A stretch of 64,000 bases of DNA from Candidatus Latescibacterota bacterium. GTDB lineage: Bacteria; Latescibacterota; UBA2968; GCA-2709665. The notes beneath the pieces were generated by a model. That model did no database searches and had not been told where the DNA came from. It worked only from the letters and a program-made list of their open reading frames with translations. This document shows, one piece after another, positions 1 to 10,103 of the stretch. The position numbers were made by a program, and so were the translations under genes. The first letter of the stretch is position 1. Every line of letters begins with the position of its first letter. Where the stretch lies: assembly GCA_965205485.1 (NCBI GenBank), contig OZ242180.1, forward strand, positions 2,496,001-2,560,000, given 5' to 3'.

Positions 1-143
1 AGATCTTCGCCAGCCACGGACGCAACGGGCCCTATACGCTGGAACTTGAGGGCATCCAGGGTGAATCGCTGACGCGGCGCGAAGTGGAACAACGCGTCGA
101 GCAGTCGATGGATTACCTTCGCACCCGCGGGCTGGTGGGCTGA
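1..143 (+). CDS. 3' end of a probable sugar-phosphate isomerase/epimerase (TIM-barrel family), partial
   Basis: Frame from base 3 reads IFASHGRNGPYTLELEGIQGE...SMDYLRTRGLVG-stop. The G-P-x-T-L-E and 'S..YL' tail are typical of AP-endonuclease-2/xylose-isomerase-like proteins. 12 bp upstream of the ROK gene. Confidence 0.5.
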   Translation, partial: IFASHGRNGPYTLELEGIQGESLTRREVEQRVEQSMDYLRTRGLVG

Positions 144-155
144 GGCGTTGTTTCC

Positions 156-1118
156 ATGATCCTTGCGGTGGATATCGGCGGTACCAATTTCAGCCTCGCG
201 CTGGGAACGCCGGACGGGCGCATTCTAAAGCGGACGACCGGTTCCACCGATCGCTCCGGCGGCGCCGCGTGGATGCTGGAGCGGGTCGTGAGAGTCGGGC
301 GCCGATTGATTGCGTCATCCCCCGAAGTCGTGTCCGCTTGCGGAATCAGTTTCGGCGGCCCCGTGGATTTCGCATCCCAGCGGATCGTCAATTCCACGCA
401 CGTGGCGGGTTGGGACGGCGTGGCCATTCCCGAGACCATTCAAACAAACCTCGGGATACCGGCAGTTGTGGACAACGATGCCAACGCGGGCGCGCTGGGC
501 GAATTGACGTTCGGCGCGGGCCGGGGCTGCCGCCACCTGGTCTATTACAACATCGGCACGGGTATCGGCGCGGGAATCATCATCGACGGGGAGATCTACC
601 GTGGCGCCAACGGCAACGCGGGGGAACTGGGACACGTGCCGGTGCTTCCGGATGGTCCGCTTTGCGATTGCGGCAACAGGGGGTGTCTCGAAGCGCTCGC
701 TTCAGGCACGGCAATCGGGCGACGCGGGGAGGCGGCCGTACGCACGCAGACCGGAAGGGGCGGCGGCATCCGCCAGGCCGCGGGAGGTTCCGTTACGGCC
801 AGGGCGGTCTTCGATGCCGCTCGGGAGGGCGACGGGCTGGCCCTTGAACTCGTGAACGAGACGTGCCGCTATCTGGGCATGGGCGTTGCGGCGGCAATGA
901 ATGCGCTCGCGCCCGAAGCCATTGTGATAGGCGGCAGCGTGGCCAAAGCCGGCAGGGTGCTCCTGGCGCCTTTGCGGGAACAAACCGACCGGTTTCTGAT
1001 GCCGGTGCACAGGCCCCATCTCAGGATTCTTCCCGCCCGGCTGAAGGGCAACTCCGGACTGTTGGGCGCGGTGGCTCTGGCCGCTGCATTAGAGACCGGA
1101 TGTCACGCCGCGGACTGA
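156..1118 (+). CDS. ROK family sugar kinase (glucokinase-like)
   Basis: AVDIGGT, VDNDANAGALGE, GTGIGAG, ELGH and CDCGNRGCLE motifs; no N-terminal HTH. Confidence 0.93.
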   Translation: MILAVDIGGTNFSLALGTPDGRILKRTTGSTDRSGGAAWMLERVVRVGRRLIASSPEVVSACGISFGGPVDFASQRIVNSTHVAGWDGVAIPETIQTNLGIPAVVDNDANAGALGELTFGAGRGCRHLVYYNIGTGIGAGIIIDGEIYRGANGNAGELGHVPVLPDGPLCDCGNRGCLEALASGTAIGRRGEAAVRTQTGRGGGIRQAAGGSVTARAVFDAAREGDGLALELVNETCRYLGMGVAAAMNALAPEAIVIGGSVAKAGRVLLAPLREQTDRFLMPVHRPHLRILPARLKGNSGLLGAVALAAALETGCHAAD

Positions 1119-1778
1119 ATGAGTTGCGACGCGGAGGCGGATATCGAGAACGGATTGACATACGATCCCGATGAAGCGGTTGCGGCGCTGTCAAGGGTGG
1201 ACGCCTCGCTGGGACGTCTGATGGAACGGGCGGGACCATGCCTCCTGGAAGCGCGGGCCCCGTACCATCCGTTTCGTTCATTGATGCGTTCGATCATCTA
1301 CCAGCAGCTTTCGGGCAAGGCGGCCGGAACCATCTACGGCCGCGTTCTGGATCTGTTTCCCGACAAAACGCATCCTGAGCCGGAACAGGTCCTGGCTGTC
1401 CCGGCCGAGGCGTTCCGCGGCGCCGGGATGTCCCGGGCCAAGGTGGCGGCGGTGAAGGATCTTGCCGAAAAGACGCTCGAAGGCGCGGTCCCATCGGGGC
1501 GGCGGCTGAACGGAATGCCTGACGACGAGATCATCAGCCGGTTCACACGCGTCCGGGGGGTTGGCGAGTGGACCGTGCAGATGATGCTTATATTCGATCT
1601 GGGCCGGGGGGACGTGCTGCCCGTCAAGGACCTGGGCGTAAGGAAGGGTTTCATGTTCACGTACGGGTTGAGCCAACTGCCCGACCATGCGGAGCTTCTG
1701 GAACACGGGGAAATCTGGCGTCCGTACCGGTCCGTGGCGAGCTGGTACTTCTGGCGGGCCGTGGAGCTGGACGGGTAA
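1119..1778 (+). CDS. alkA: DNA-3-methyladenine glycosylase II family (HhH-GPD)
   Basis: IIYQQLSGKAA, RGVGEWT helix-hairpin-helix, DVLPVKDLGVR, WRPYRSVASWY. Confidence 0.9.
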   Translation: MSCDAEADIENGLTYDPDEAVAALSRVDASLGRLMERAGPCLLEARAPYHPFRSLMRSIIYQQLSGKAAGTIYGRVLDLFPDKTHPEPEQVLAVPAEAFRGAGMSRAKVAAVKDLAEKTLEGAVPSGRRLNGMPDDEIISRFTRVRGVGEWTVQMMLIFDLGRGDVLPVKDLGVRKGFMFTYGLSQLPDHAELLEHGEIWRPYRSVASWYFWRAVELDG

Positions 1779-1891
1779 CGAAAACCCGAATGGACATCAA
1801 CCGGACGACAGGAATCCCGCTGCGCGGATCGGGACGAGAGATGAGAACGGAGAGTCAGATTCCGCGGTATTGAACCCGACGAGGAGAACTC

Positions 1892-2935
1892 ATGGCGGGA
1901 AAGACCTATCGCGCCGGGATTGTCGGTCTCGGCTTCATCGGTGGCGCGGACCAGGTGTCGGGCGACGCAATAGGTCAGGTGGTGAGCGACCTGGACGGGA
2001 CCCATGCCGATGCGTTGCGCGGGCATTCCCGGGTCGTACTGGCGTCCGGGTCCAGCCGGGACAGGGGACGCAGGGAGCGCTTTGAGGCACGCACGGGCGT
2101 GTCAACGTACGCCGATTGGCGCGAGATGCTGGCCGCGGAGTCGCTCGATATCGTAAGCGTGGCCACCTATGCGCCCGTTCATGCCGACGTCACGGTCGCA
2201 TGCGCCGGGCAGGGCGTGCGCGCCGTCTATTGCGAAAAGCCCGTCGCGACCCGGGCCTCGGACGCCGAGCGCATGTTGAGGGCGTGCGACGCCACCGGTA
2301 CGCTCCTCGTTGTGAACCACAACCGGCGGTTTCAGACCAACGCCCGGCGTCTGCGGGACCTCATCACCGGCGGCGCACTGGGAGAACTGACGTCCGCGTC
2401 CATGCAATGGGGTTCGGGCCGGCTTGGCAACGTGGGTACGCATTTCATCGATACCATGCAGATGTTGACGGGGCGGGCTGTCGAGGCCGTATCGGGAACA
2501 CTGGACCTCTCGGGAAGGCCGGATTGCCGAGGGGCTCAGTTCCGGGATCCTGGCGGCTGGGGCATGCTGCGCCTGGAGCGAGGACTGATCTGCACGGTAG
2601 ACGCCGCGGATTATGGGACGCTGCCGCCGCGGATTTCCGTCCATGGTACGGAGGGCTCCGCCGTGCTTGACGGTAGGGACGTGATCATCGAGTTCAGGGA
2701 CGGGCGGGGGGAAGCCTGGACGGATCGTGCGGACTCTGAATCTTCAATGGCCAGGGCGGTGGGTGAGATTGTGGATTGGCTGGATGGTGAAGCGGCCTTT
2801 CCGTACGCGGCATCGGAAGCCGCGCGGACGCTGGAGGCGATTGTGGGTTTTCACGTCTCCCATGCCGGAAACGGCTCATGGGTTGATTTGCCGCTGACGG
2901 GGCAGGACCGTGATCGCGAGGTCTTGAGCGGATAG
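1892..2935 (+). CDS. Gfo/Idh/MocA family oxidoreductase
   Basis: GIVGLGFIG Rossmann motif, CEKP, VNHNRRF; SD GAGGAG upstream. Confidence 0.9.
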   Translation: MAGKTYRAGIVGLGFIGGADQVSGDAIGQVVSDLDGTHADALRGHSRVVLASGSSRDRGRRERFEARTGVSTYADWREMLAAESLDIVSVATYAPVHADVTVACAGQGVRAVYCEKPVATRASDAERMLRACDATGTLLVVNHNRRFQTNARRLRDLITGGALGELTSASMQWGSGRLGNVGTHFIDTMQMLTGRAVEAVSGTLDLSGRPDCRGAQFRDPGGWGMLRLERGLICTVDAADYGTLPPRISVHGTEGSAVLDGRDVIIEFRDGRGEAWTDRADSESSMARAVGEIVDWLDGEAAFPYAASEAARTLEAIVGFHVSHAGNGSWVDLPLTGQDRDREVLSG

Positions 2936-2984
2936 GTATCTGCTCCGGGACGCGGGCGCATCCGCGGGGATTCTCTGTTCGAGG

Positions 2985-3758
2985 TCACCGCTGGGGCGGT
3001 CCGTACCTGGAGATGGCGTCGTTGGACCCCACGGGACACGGGTATTGGTCGGCCGTCTGTCTCTCGCCGAGTTGGGGATTGCCCAGCGCATTGTAGCAGA
3101 TGATGAAGGAACGCCGATGGCGGCTGGAGGTGTTGGGCGTTGAGGAATGGAGAAGGTTGCAGTCGAAGAAGAGGACCGAACCCGGTGGCATCTCGCAGTT
3201 GATGCAATCGAACAGGGGTTCGATCTCCGTAATCCTTGCGGGATCCGTGCCGGTCTGGGTTCCGATTCTGACGTGGTCCAGCCGTCCGAGGCGATGGGAT
3301 CCGCGAAGGACCCGCAGGCAGCCGTTTTCCCGCGTGCATTCGTCCAGGGCGATGAACGCGCTGATCATCCGTGGAAAGACGAAACCCTGGCTGTACCAGT
3401 AACCGTAGTCCTGGTGCCACTCCCACGCCCCCCCTTCATGGGCGTCTTTGAACATCACCTTGCCGTGGAAGAAGGCGACCTCTTCACCCAGCAGGATGCG
3501 GATATTGTTGACAATGCGGGGACACGTGGAAACCGCGGTCCAGATGTCGTCTCCCAGTTCGTGCCAGATCGAGAGCCTGGAACTCATTCCCGACGCGTCC
3601 GTCGTTGCGCGCGTATTCTCCGCTACCCGCGCCCCGGTTTCAACCGCGTCGATCAGGATGCGGACTTCGTCTTCGCTGAAGAGGCTGTCCGACATGACGT
3701 ATCCGTTCCTGCGAAAACCGGCAACTGCATCGGGATCCAGGTATTCCGGAACCTCCAT
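2985..3758 (-). CDS. Phytanoyl-CoA dioxygenase (PhyH) family Fe/2OG oxygenase
   Basis: WHQDYGYW (HxD), ENGCLRVLRGSH, LLHSS...RR. Confidence 0.92.
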   Translation of the reverse strand: MEVPEYLDPDAVAGFRRNGYVMSDSLFSEDEVRILIDAVETGARVAENTRATTDASGMSSRLSIWHELGDDIWTAVSTCPRIVNNIRILLGEEVAFFHGKVMFKDAHEGGAWEWHQDYGYWYSQGFVFPRMISAFIALDECTRENGCLRVLRGSHRLGRLDHVRIGTQTGTDPARITEIEPLFDCINCEMPPGSVLFFDCNLLHSSTPNTSSRHRRSFIICYNALGNPQLGERQTADQYPCPVGSNDAISRYGPPQR

Positions 3759-3979
3759 TTTTCGGCCTTTCTTCCATTAATCAGTCTGGTCTGAATATCG
3801 TAGTTGACGCTCCGCGCCGGCAGTGTGCGTAAAGATTTCAGATCAATATAAAGGCTGCGGCGCTGATTCGCAAACGGGGATGTTTGAATCTCCGTCCGGG
3901 AATATACGCCGCGCGCATTGCGCATGGGGACGTCGCAGGGACGCGTCGAGTTTCCGCGTTAACCCTTTCGGGAGTCTGG

Positions 3980-4375
3980 ATGTCCGGTCGCAAAATACGC
4001 ATTCTGATTGCAAAGGTCGGTCTGGACGGGCATGACCGGGGCGCCAAGGTGGTGGCGCGCGCGCTGCGGGATGCGGGAATGGAGGTCATTTATACCGGCC
4101 TGCACCGCACGCCTGACGAGGTGGTGACCGCCGCGATCCAGGAAGACGTGGACGTACTGGGAATCAGTTCTCTCTCAGGGGCCCATCTGACGATTTTCCC
4201 GAAAGTAATGGATCTCCTCAGGGAGCGTGAAGCGGACGACATTCTGGTGGTCGGCGGCGGCATCATGGCGCCGGCGGACCAGGAGGCGCTCAAGGCCAGA
4301 GGGCTTGCATTCTTCTGGGGCCCAGGGACCCATACCGGCGATATTGTCGCGTGTCTCCGGGAAGCCGTGAAATGA
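3980..4375 (+). CDS. Cobalamin-binding small subunit of an acyl-CoA (methylmalonyl-CoA-type) mutase
   Basis: KVGLDGHDRGAKVV (DxHxxG), SSLSGAH, VGGGI; ATG at 3980 follows GGAG. Confidence 0.93.
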   Translation: MSGRKIRILIAKVGLDGHDRGAKVVARALRDAGMEVIYTGLHRTPDEVVTAAIQEDVDVLGISSLSGAHLTIFPKVMDLLREREADDILVVGGGIMAPADQEALKARGLAFFWGPGTHTGDIVACLREAVK

Positions 4376-5304
4376 GAGATCTGGCCGGGCGAGTCCTCGC
4401 GGGCGATATTCGCGCCGCCGCACGGGCCATTTCGCTCATCGAGAGACGTGAAAACGACCTGGCGTCCCTGCTGGCAGACCTGTACCCTTCAACGGGCGGC
4501 GCATACCGGATCGGCATCACCGGACCGCCGGGCGCGGGCAAAAGTACGCTCGCGGGGTGTCTCGCACGGCGCTTTGCGGCAGCCGGAAGGGCTGTCGGCG
4601 TTCTGGCCGTGGATATCACCAGCCCGTTTTCCGGGGGCGCCCTTCTGGGCGATCGTATCCGGATGCAGGAACTGTCGGAAGACCCGGCGGTGTTCATTCG
4701 AAGCATGGGCAACGAAGGTCTGCCGGGAGGGCTGTGCAGTGCGGCGCGGGACGCGATACGCGTGATGGAAGCGATGGGTAAGGACCTGGTGCTCGTGGAG
4801 ACCGCGGGGGTGGGGCAGACCGACGTGGACGTGACCCATTGCGTGGATGCCGTTGTGCTGACCCTGGTACCGGAGTCGGGCGATGAGATCCAGTTGTTGA
4901 AAGCCGGCGTGATGGAAATCGCGGACGTCATTGCCCTGAACAAGTCCGACCGGCCGGGGGCGACAGGACTGGCAGCAGAACTGAGAGAATCCCTCCATGC
5001 GCGGGGCGAGCTCGACGGCTGGGAAACGCGGCTCGTTCGTACGGTCGGGAAAGACGGGGAGGGCCTGACCGAGCTATATGAGGCGCTCGAGGCGTACTCG
5101 CGCCATCTGAAAACCGGCGCCAGATTGGCGGACTTGCGCGAGAGACAGATCCGCCGGGAATTGCGGGAGCGCGTGGAGGCCGGTCTGGCTTTCAGACTGA
5201 ATGCGGCACTGGCGCGGGAATGCCTGGATCGCGCCGTTGCCAGGATCCGTGCGGGAGAAGACGATCCTTACTATGCCGCCGAGAGGCTGTTGTGTAAAAT
5301 GTGA
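4372..5304 (+). CDS. meaB: MeaB/ArgK family GTPase (mutase chaperone)
   Basis: GITGPPGAGKST, GGALLGDRIRM, ETAGVGQ, NKSD; ATGA overlap with the upstream gene. Confidence 0.93.
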   Translation: MRDLAGRVLAGDIRAAARAISLIERRENDLASLLADLYPSTGGAYRIGITGPPGAGKSTLAGCLARRFAAAGRAVGVLAVDITSPFSGGALLGDRIRMQELSEDPAVFIRSMGNEGLPGGLCSAARDAIRVMEAMGKDLVLVETAGVGQTDVDVTHCVDAVVLTLVPESGDEIQLLKAGVMEIADVIALNKSDRPGATGLAAELRESLHARGELDGWETRLVRTVGKDGEGLTELYEALEAYSRHLKTGARLADLRERQIRRELRERVEAGLAFRLNAALARECLDRAVARIRAGEDDPYYAAERLLCKM

Positions 5305-5384
5305 ATCCTTGTCGATCGTACTGACGGGAGGCACGCCGTCAACCCCGAAACGCGGGACAACAGGTTGATCGTGAGGCCCAACCG

Positions 5385-6329
5385 ATGAATTTCTGGGTGG
5401 ACAAGCGGGTTACGGTTACGGGCGGCGCCGGGTTTCTGGGTCGGTTTGTGGTGCGGAAACTGCGCGATCGGGGTTGTCGTCAGATATTCGTCCCGCGCCG
5501 CAGCGATCACGACCTGCGCGAACCGGATGCCGTACGGCGCATGTACGAAATCGCCAGTCCCGATCTGGTCATTCACCTGGCCGGCTCCGTCGGCGGCATT
5601 GGCGCCAATCAACGGTATCCGGGCCGTTTTTTCTACGATAATCTGGTCATGGGCGCCCATCTTCTCGAGCAGGCCCGCAGGTTCGAGGTTCCGAAGTTCG
5701 TGGGTATCGGGTCGGTTTGCGCCTATCCAATGTCCACGCCGGTACCTTTCAGGGAGGAAAACCTGTGGGATGGGTACCCTGAAGATACAAACGCGGCTTA
5801 TGGCCTGGCCAAGAAAACGATGCTTGTACAGGGACAGGCCTACCGGTCGGAGTACGGGTACAACGCGATTCATCTGCTCCTGTCGAACCTTTACGGGCCG
5901 GGAGAAAACCTGGATCCGGAGACATCGCATGGGCTCGCGTCAATCTTACGAAAATTCGTGGATGCCCGGAATCAGGGACACGGCCACGTCACACTGTGGG
6001 GAGACGGCTCGCCCACGCGCGAATTCCTGTACGTGGAGGACGCTGCAGAGGGCATATTGCTCGCTTCCGAATTATACGATCTGCCGGAGCCCGTCAACCT
6101 GGGATCGGGAGTGGAGATCTCGATACGTGACCTCGCCGCGAAAATAGGCAGCCTGGCGGGATTCGCCGGCCGGGTTCGCTGGGACAGGAACAGGCCGAAC
6201 GGGCAGCCGAGGCGATGCGTGGACGTTTCGCGGGCAAAGCGCCACTTTGGATTCGAAGCCGCAACAACGCTGGATGAAGGCCTTCGGAGGATGATTTCGT
6301 GGTACGAGAAGCAGCCGCTCCGGGAGTAA
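5385..6329 (+). CDS. fcl: GDP-L-fucose synthase family epimerase/reductase
   Basis: TGGAGFLG, VGGIGAN, YGLAKK (YxxxK), WGDGSPTREFLY, PNGQPRR. Confidence 0.88.
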   Translation: MNFWVDKRVTVTGGAGFLGRFVVRKLRDRGCRQIFVPRRSDHDLREPDAVRRMYEIASPDLVIHLAGSVGGIGANQRYPGRFFYDNLVMGAHLLEQARRFEVPKFVGIGSVCAYPMSTPVPFREENLWDGYPEDTNAAYGLAKKTMLVQGQAYRSEYGYNAIHLLLSNLYGPGENLDPETSHGLASILRKFVDARNQGHGHVTLWGDGSPTREFLYVEDAAEGILLASELYDLPEPVNLGSGVEISIRDLAAKIGSLAGFAGRVRWDRNRPNGQPRRCVDVSRAKRHFGFEAATTLDEGLRRMISWYEKQPLRE

Positions 6330-6379
6330 ATCCGTTCAGATTTTCAATAAACATGTCCAGGACATGAGGCGGACTCGAG

Positions 6380-7579
6380 GTGTCCGAAGATCGTGATGTC
6401 CGGCCGCCGGTAATCGGCGTCGGTACGATAAACATCAGTCCCCGCGCCAGGGCGCTGGTAAACGAAGTCCTGGACAGCAACCGGCTGTCTTACGGTCCGA
6501 TGACGCGCGCGTTCGAGGCAGGATTCGCGCGCGCGCACGGTTGCCGGTTCGGCGTGATGAGCAATAGCGGCACGAGCGCGCTGCTGGTCGCCCTGTCGGC
6601 GATGAAGGAACTGCATGGGTGGGCCGACGGAGACGAAGTCATCCTGCCCGCGGTGACCTTCGCGGGTACGGCAAATATCGTCATCCACGCGCGAATGCGC
6701 CCGGTGCTTGTGGACGTCGATCCGATCTACTACGATCTGGACCCGGAAAAAATCGAGGCCGCAGTCACGCCGCGTACCAGGGCGCTCATTCCCGTTCATG
6801 TCTTCGGACAGCCGTGCGACATGGATCCCGTACTCGAGCTTTCGCGGCGATACGGTCTCAGGGTCATCGAAGATTCGGCGGAGACCATGTTCGCGACGTA
6901 CAACGGTCGCAGCGTGGGTAGTCTCGGCGAAATCGGGTGTTTTTCCACTTATGCGGCGCACCTGCTGACGACCGGAGTGGGCGGACTGAACACGACCGGC
7001 AATCCCGAGTATGCAGACAAGCTGAGATCGCTGATCAACCACGGGCGGGACTCGACGTATCTGAATATAGACGACGACGAACGGAAGTCGCCGGAGGAGC
7101 TTCGAAGAATCGTCTCGCGGCGATTTTCTTTTGTGAGTCCCGGATACAGTTTTCGGTTGACCGAGATGGAGGCCGCCCTCGGACTGGCGCAGCTGGAGGT
7201 GTGGCCAGAGATGATCGCCGCCAGGAGGAAGAATGCCGCCTGGCTGACCCGGAAGTTGTCCGGGCACGAAGCGTTTCTGCAGCTTCCACGGATTCGACCG
7301 GGGTGCGAGCACTCTTTCATGATGTATCCGATCGTCCTGAGGGACCGTGAAAAAGACGCGCTGGTCAATTTCCTGGAAGAGAACCGGGTTGAAACGCGTG
7401 ACATGCTTCCTCTTACCAATCAGCCGCTCTACCAGAGACTGCTGGATATCAGCGAGGCGGATTATCCCGTTGCCGGATGGATCAACAGAAGCGGGTTCTA
7501 TATCGGTTGCCACCAGGATCTCTCGTCAGACGATCTGGATCGTATCGTCGGGTTGCTCGATCGTTTCTTCACGCCGTAG
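6380..7579 (+). CDS. DegT/DnrJ/EryC1/StrS family PLP-dependent sugar aminotransferase/dehydratase
   Basis: SNSGTSAL, PVHVFGQPCDM, IEDSAE; the PLP-site segment reads STYAAHLLTTG (His where Lys is usual). Confidence 0.88.
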   Translation: MSEDRDVRPPVIGVGTINISPRARALVNEVLDSNRLSYGPMTRAFEAGFARAHGCRFGVMSNSGTSALLVALSAMKELHGWADGDEVILPAVTFAGTANIVIHARMRPVLVDVDPIYYDLDPEKIEAAVTPRTRALIPVHVFGQPCDMDPVLELSRRYGLRVIEDSAETMFATYNGRSVGSLGEIGCFSTYAAHLLTTGVGGLNTTGNPEYADKLRSLINHGRDSTYLNIDDDERKSPEELRRIVSRRFSFVSPGYSFRLTEMEAALGLAQLEVWPEMIAARRKNAAWLTRKLSGHEAFLQLPRIRPGCEHSFMMYPIVLRDREKDALVNFLEENRVETRDMLPLTNQPLYQRLLDISEADYPVAGWINRSGFYIGCHQDLSSDDLDRIVGLLDRFFTP

Positions 7580-7871
7580 GCATGATTTGGATAGAAACGC
7601 AAACGACTGATTTTGCAATTTTCACACCAGATAATTTCTATAAAACCTTTATTTTCTATTATTTAAGTCCTTTTTCTTATGCCCGTAAGAAAAAGGACCA
7701 AAAAGAAGCGGGCCCCTCGGCGGGGTGCCGGTTTTTCCGTGAATCTCCTCAGTGTGCAAAATGGGATTTGGGTGGCCTTCGATTCTTCGCGGAAATTCCG
7801 ATCAACAGAGGTGTACGGATTAACACGGAAAAACCCCCCACGCAACCACCGGACACGCTCTATTTGAATTT

Positions 7872-7896
7872 GTAGGGGCAACCCTTGTGGTTGCCC
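7872..7896. repeat. Single GTAG-type REP palindrome
   Basis: GTAGGGGCAACCCTTGTGGTTGCCC; closely related to the inverted pair at 62677-62781. Confidence 0.75.
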
Positions 7897-8152
7897 GTGT
7901 AGCGGTAGGGATATCGGTGATTCCAGACGCTTAATCTTTACCGGAATTGCATGTGGCTGACTGCTGACAGCTTTTTCCGAGAGGGCCGTGGGGAGAGGCC
8001 GGAAAAAGGCGGTGAGAAGGTAGAAGTGAGCCGGTAGAAGAAATCCACGCCCGACAATTTTCCCTCCTTGCCTCCGGCATGAGAAGAAACCTGACAAGGC
8101 AGACAATTTCTACCCTCTTCCCTCTCCCGTCTCACCGATTCCAGGGTTCCAT

Positions 8153-8851
8153 ATGCCCAAGCGCACTGTTGTTCTGCTTACGCTCAACGAGATCGACGGC
8201 GTCCGCTGGCTGTTTTCGGCCGGACACGATCTTTCCGCGATGGCCGACGAGGTGCTCGCTGTTGACGGGGGGTCCACGGATGGCACCCGGGAGGTCCTGG
8301 CATCCCACCACGTCCGGCTCGTGGACCAGCCACGCCCGGGGAGGGGCGAGGCGTTCCGTGCGGCGGTCCGTGCATCGAGCGGAGCGTGCCTGGTTTTCTT
8401 CAGTCCCGACGGGAATGAAGATCCGAGCGACATTCCGCGGCTTTTTGCGGCAATCGAAAACGGCGCCGATATGGCGATCGCGTCCCGCTTCCTGCCGGGC
8501 TCGAGGAACGAGGAGGACGACGATTCGCTGCCGCTGAGAAAATGGACGAACCAGGTGTTTACGTGGATCGCCAATTCAATCTGGAATCGGAGACCCTATG
8601 TGACGGATACGATAAACGGCTTTCGCGGAATTACGCGGGAGGCATTTCAGAAGCTCAATCCCGGATCGATGGGGTATACGATCGAATATGAGATGACGAT
8701 CCGTGCGATGAAGCAGAGGATGCGAATCGAGGAGATTCCGACGAGGGAGGGAAACCGGGTAGGAGGGGAATCGAAGGCGCCTTCGTTCCGCACGGGAGTT
8801 CGGTTCCTCAAATTCCTGATACAGGAGATGGTCGCCGGCGACGGCCGTTGA
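8153..8851 (+). CDS. Glycosyltransferase family 2 (DPM1-like)
   Basis: TLNE, VDGGSTDGT, GRGEA, SPDGNEDP, ASRF, DTINGFRG. Confidence 0.9.
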   Translation: MPKRTVVLLTLNEIDGVRWLFSAGHDLSAMADEVLAVDGGSTDGTREVLASHHVRLVDQPRPGRGEAFRAAVRASSGACLVFFSPDGNEDPSDIPRLFAAIENGADMAIASRFLPGSRNEEDDDSLPLRKWTNQVFTWIANSIWNRRPYVTDTINGFRGITREAFQKLNPGSMGYTIEYEMTIRAMKQRMRIEEIPTREGNRVGGESKAPSFRTGVRFLKFLIQEMVAGDGR

Positions 8852-8884
8852 GAATGGCATTTTGACGCGTCGACCGTTCCGTGG

Positions 8885-9802
8885 TTAGCCGGCGGCGCGC
8901 AGATGCGACTTGCCGACCGGGGCTTTCCCGTTGGTGAGTACGTCGAGGAGTTTTCGCGCTGCCACGGACAGGCTGCGGCCGCGTTTGTGCAGGATGCCCA
9001 GAGGTCTGGTGAGTACGTCGCCATCGATCGTCAGCACCTTCAGGCTGCCTTCCTTGTGTTCCAGGTCTACCGAGTGTTCAGGCAGGATCGAAATGCCGAG
9101 GTCCACTTCGACGGCATCCTTGATGGTATCGATATGATCGAATTCCATCACGATGTTGGGCTGAATGCGGTGTTTCCGGAAGAAACCGTCCAGCGCATGC
9201 CGGGTGTGGGTTTCCTGGGAGAAGAGGATGAGCGGATGATCGCCGATGTCGTTAACGTCAATGCGATCCTGCGCCGCAAGCGGGTTCGCGGGTGGACACG
9301 CCACCACCATATTGTCCTCTGAAAAGGGGATGATCTTGATATTCCGGTGGGGCCTGGGAAAGGCGACCACGCCGAAGTCAATCTCGCCGCTGGCCACGTC
9401 ATCGTAGATGCGGGGGGTGTGATTGTAGTCCAGCCGGAAGTTGACTCTGGGGAAGGCTTTGAGATAGGTCTTGAGGTAGGGCCCGAGTTCACGCATGCCA
9501 ACGCTGTAAATGGAGGAAAGGCGAACGGTGCCCGAGACCACGCCGTCCAGAGCTTCGACGCGTTGTAACATCTCGTCGTAGCGCCGTACGATGTCGCCGG
9601 CGCCCTTGTAGAATACTTCTCCCTCCTTGGTAAGCCCGATCTTGCGCTTATGGCGTTCCAGAAGCGGTTTGCCCTGCCGGCTTTCAATGCTCTTGATTTG
9701 CTGGCTGACTGCCGACTGCGTGACGCCATTCAGGACTGCCGTCTTTGAAAAACTCTGGGTATCGATGAGGTCGCAAAAGATCTTCAGGCTCTGGATCAAC
9801 AC
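8885..9802 (-). CDS. LysR family transcriptional regulator
   Basis: SFSKTA..VTQSAVSQQIKSIE HTH plus substrate-binding domain; GTG start at 9802 after AAGGAG; divergent from fumC. Confidence 0.93.
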   Translation of the reverse strand: MLIQSLKIFCDLIDTQSFSKTAVLNGVTQSAVSQQIKSIESRQGKPLLERHKRKIGLTKEGEVFYKGAGDIVRRYDEMLQRVEALDGVVSGTVRLSSIYSVGMRELGPYLKTYLKAFPRVNFRLDYNHTPRIYDDVASGEIDFGVVAFPRPHRNIKIIPFSEDNMVVACPPANPLAAQDRIDVNDIGDHPLILFSQETHTRHALDGFFRKHRIQPNIVMEFDHIDTIKDAVEVDLGISILPEHSVDLEHKEGSLKVLTIDGDVLTRPLGILHKRGRSLSVAARKLLDVLTNGKAPVGKSHLRAAG

Positions 9803-9965
9803 GTGAACGTCTCCTTCGGATGATTCCCGTCGGGCCTTTTTGCCGTTGACGTCTTGTTCGGAACAAGGGGCCGGCGGAGGTTGTCGTGTCGTACGGATTG
9901 CGTCGCCGCGCGTGGTGCGCAACGAAGTATTGAAGATAAGAAAGAGTAATTCTGAAAGCAAGAAA

Positions 9966-9982
9966 ATAATATATACTATTAT
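9966..9982. promoter_or_regulatory. Dyad ATAATA-N5-TATTAT in the AT-rich lysR/fumC divergent region; candidate regulator site
   Basis: Perfect 6-bp inverted repeat seen in the sequence; function inferred from position only. Confidence 0.4.
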
Positions 9983-10103
9983 ATTTTCGTTAGTTCGTTC
10001 CGAAAGGAGCGGATGGGGTTGCCGGAAATGTACTGTTTTTGTATCTTGAAACGCCCGACGATATCCAGACTTCTACCTACGCGAACGTGGAGGAAAGAGA
10101 GAG

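Noticed and set aside
6344..7513. Long antisense or alternate-frame ORFs (also 10521-11549, 21144-22448, 49991-51208, 60286-61311)
   Set aside because: They shadow well-supported genes, as expected from GC-rich codon bias, and show no motifs.
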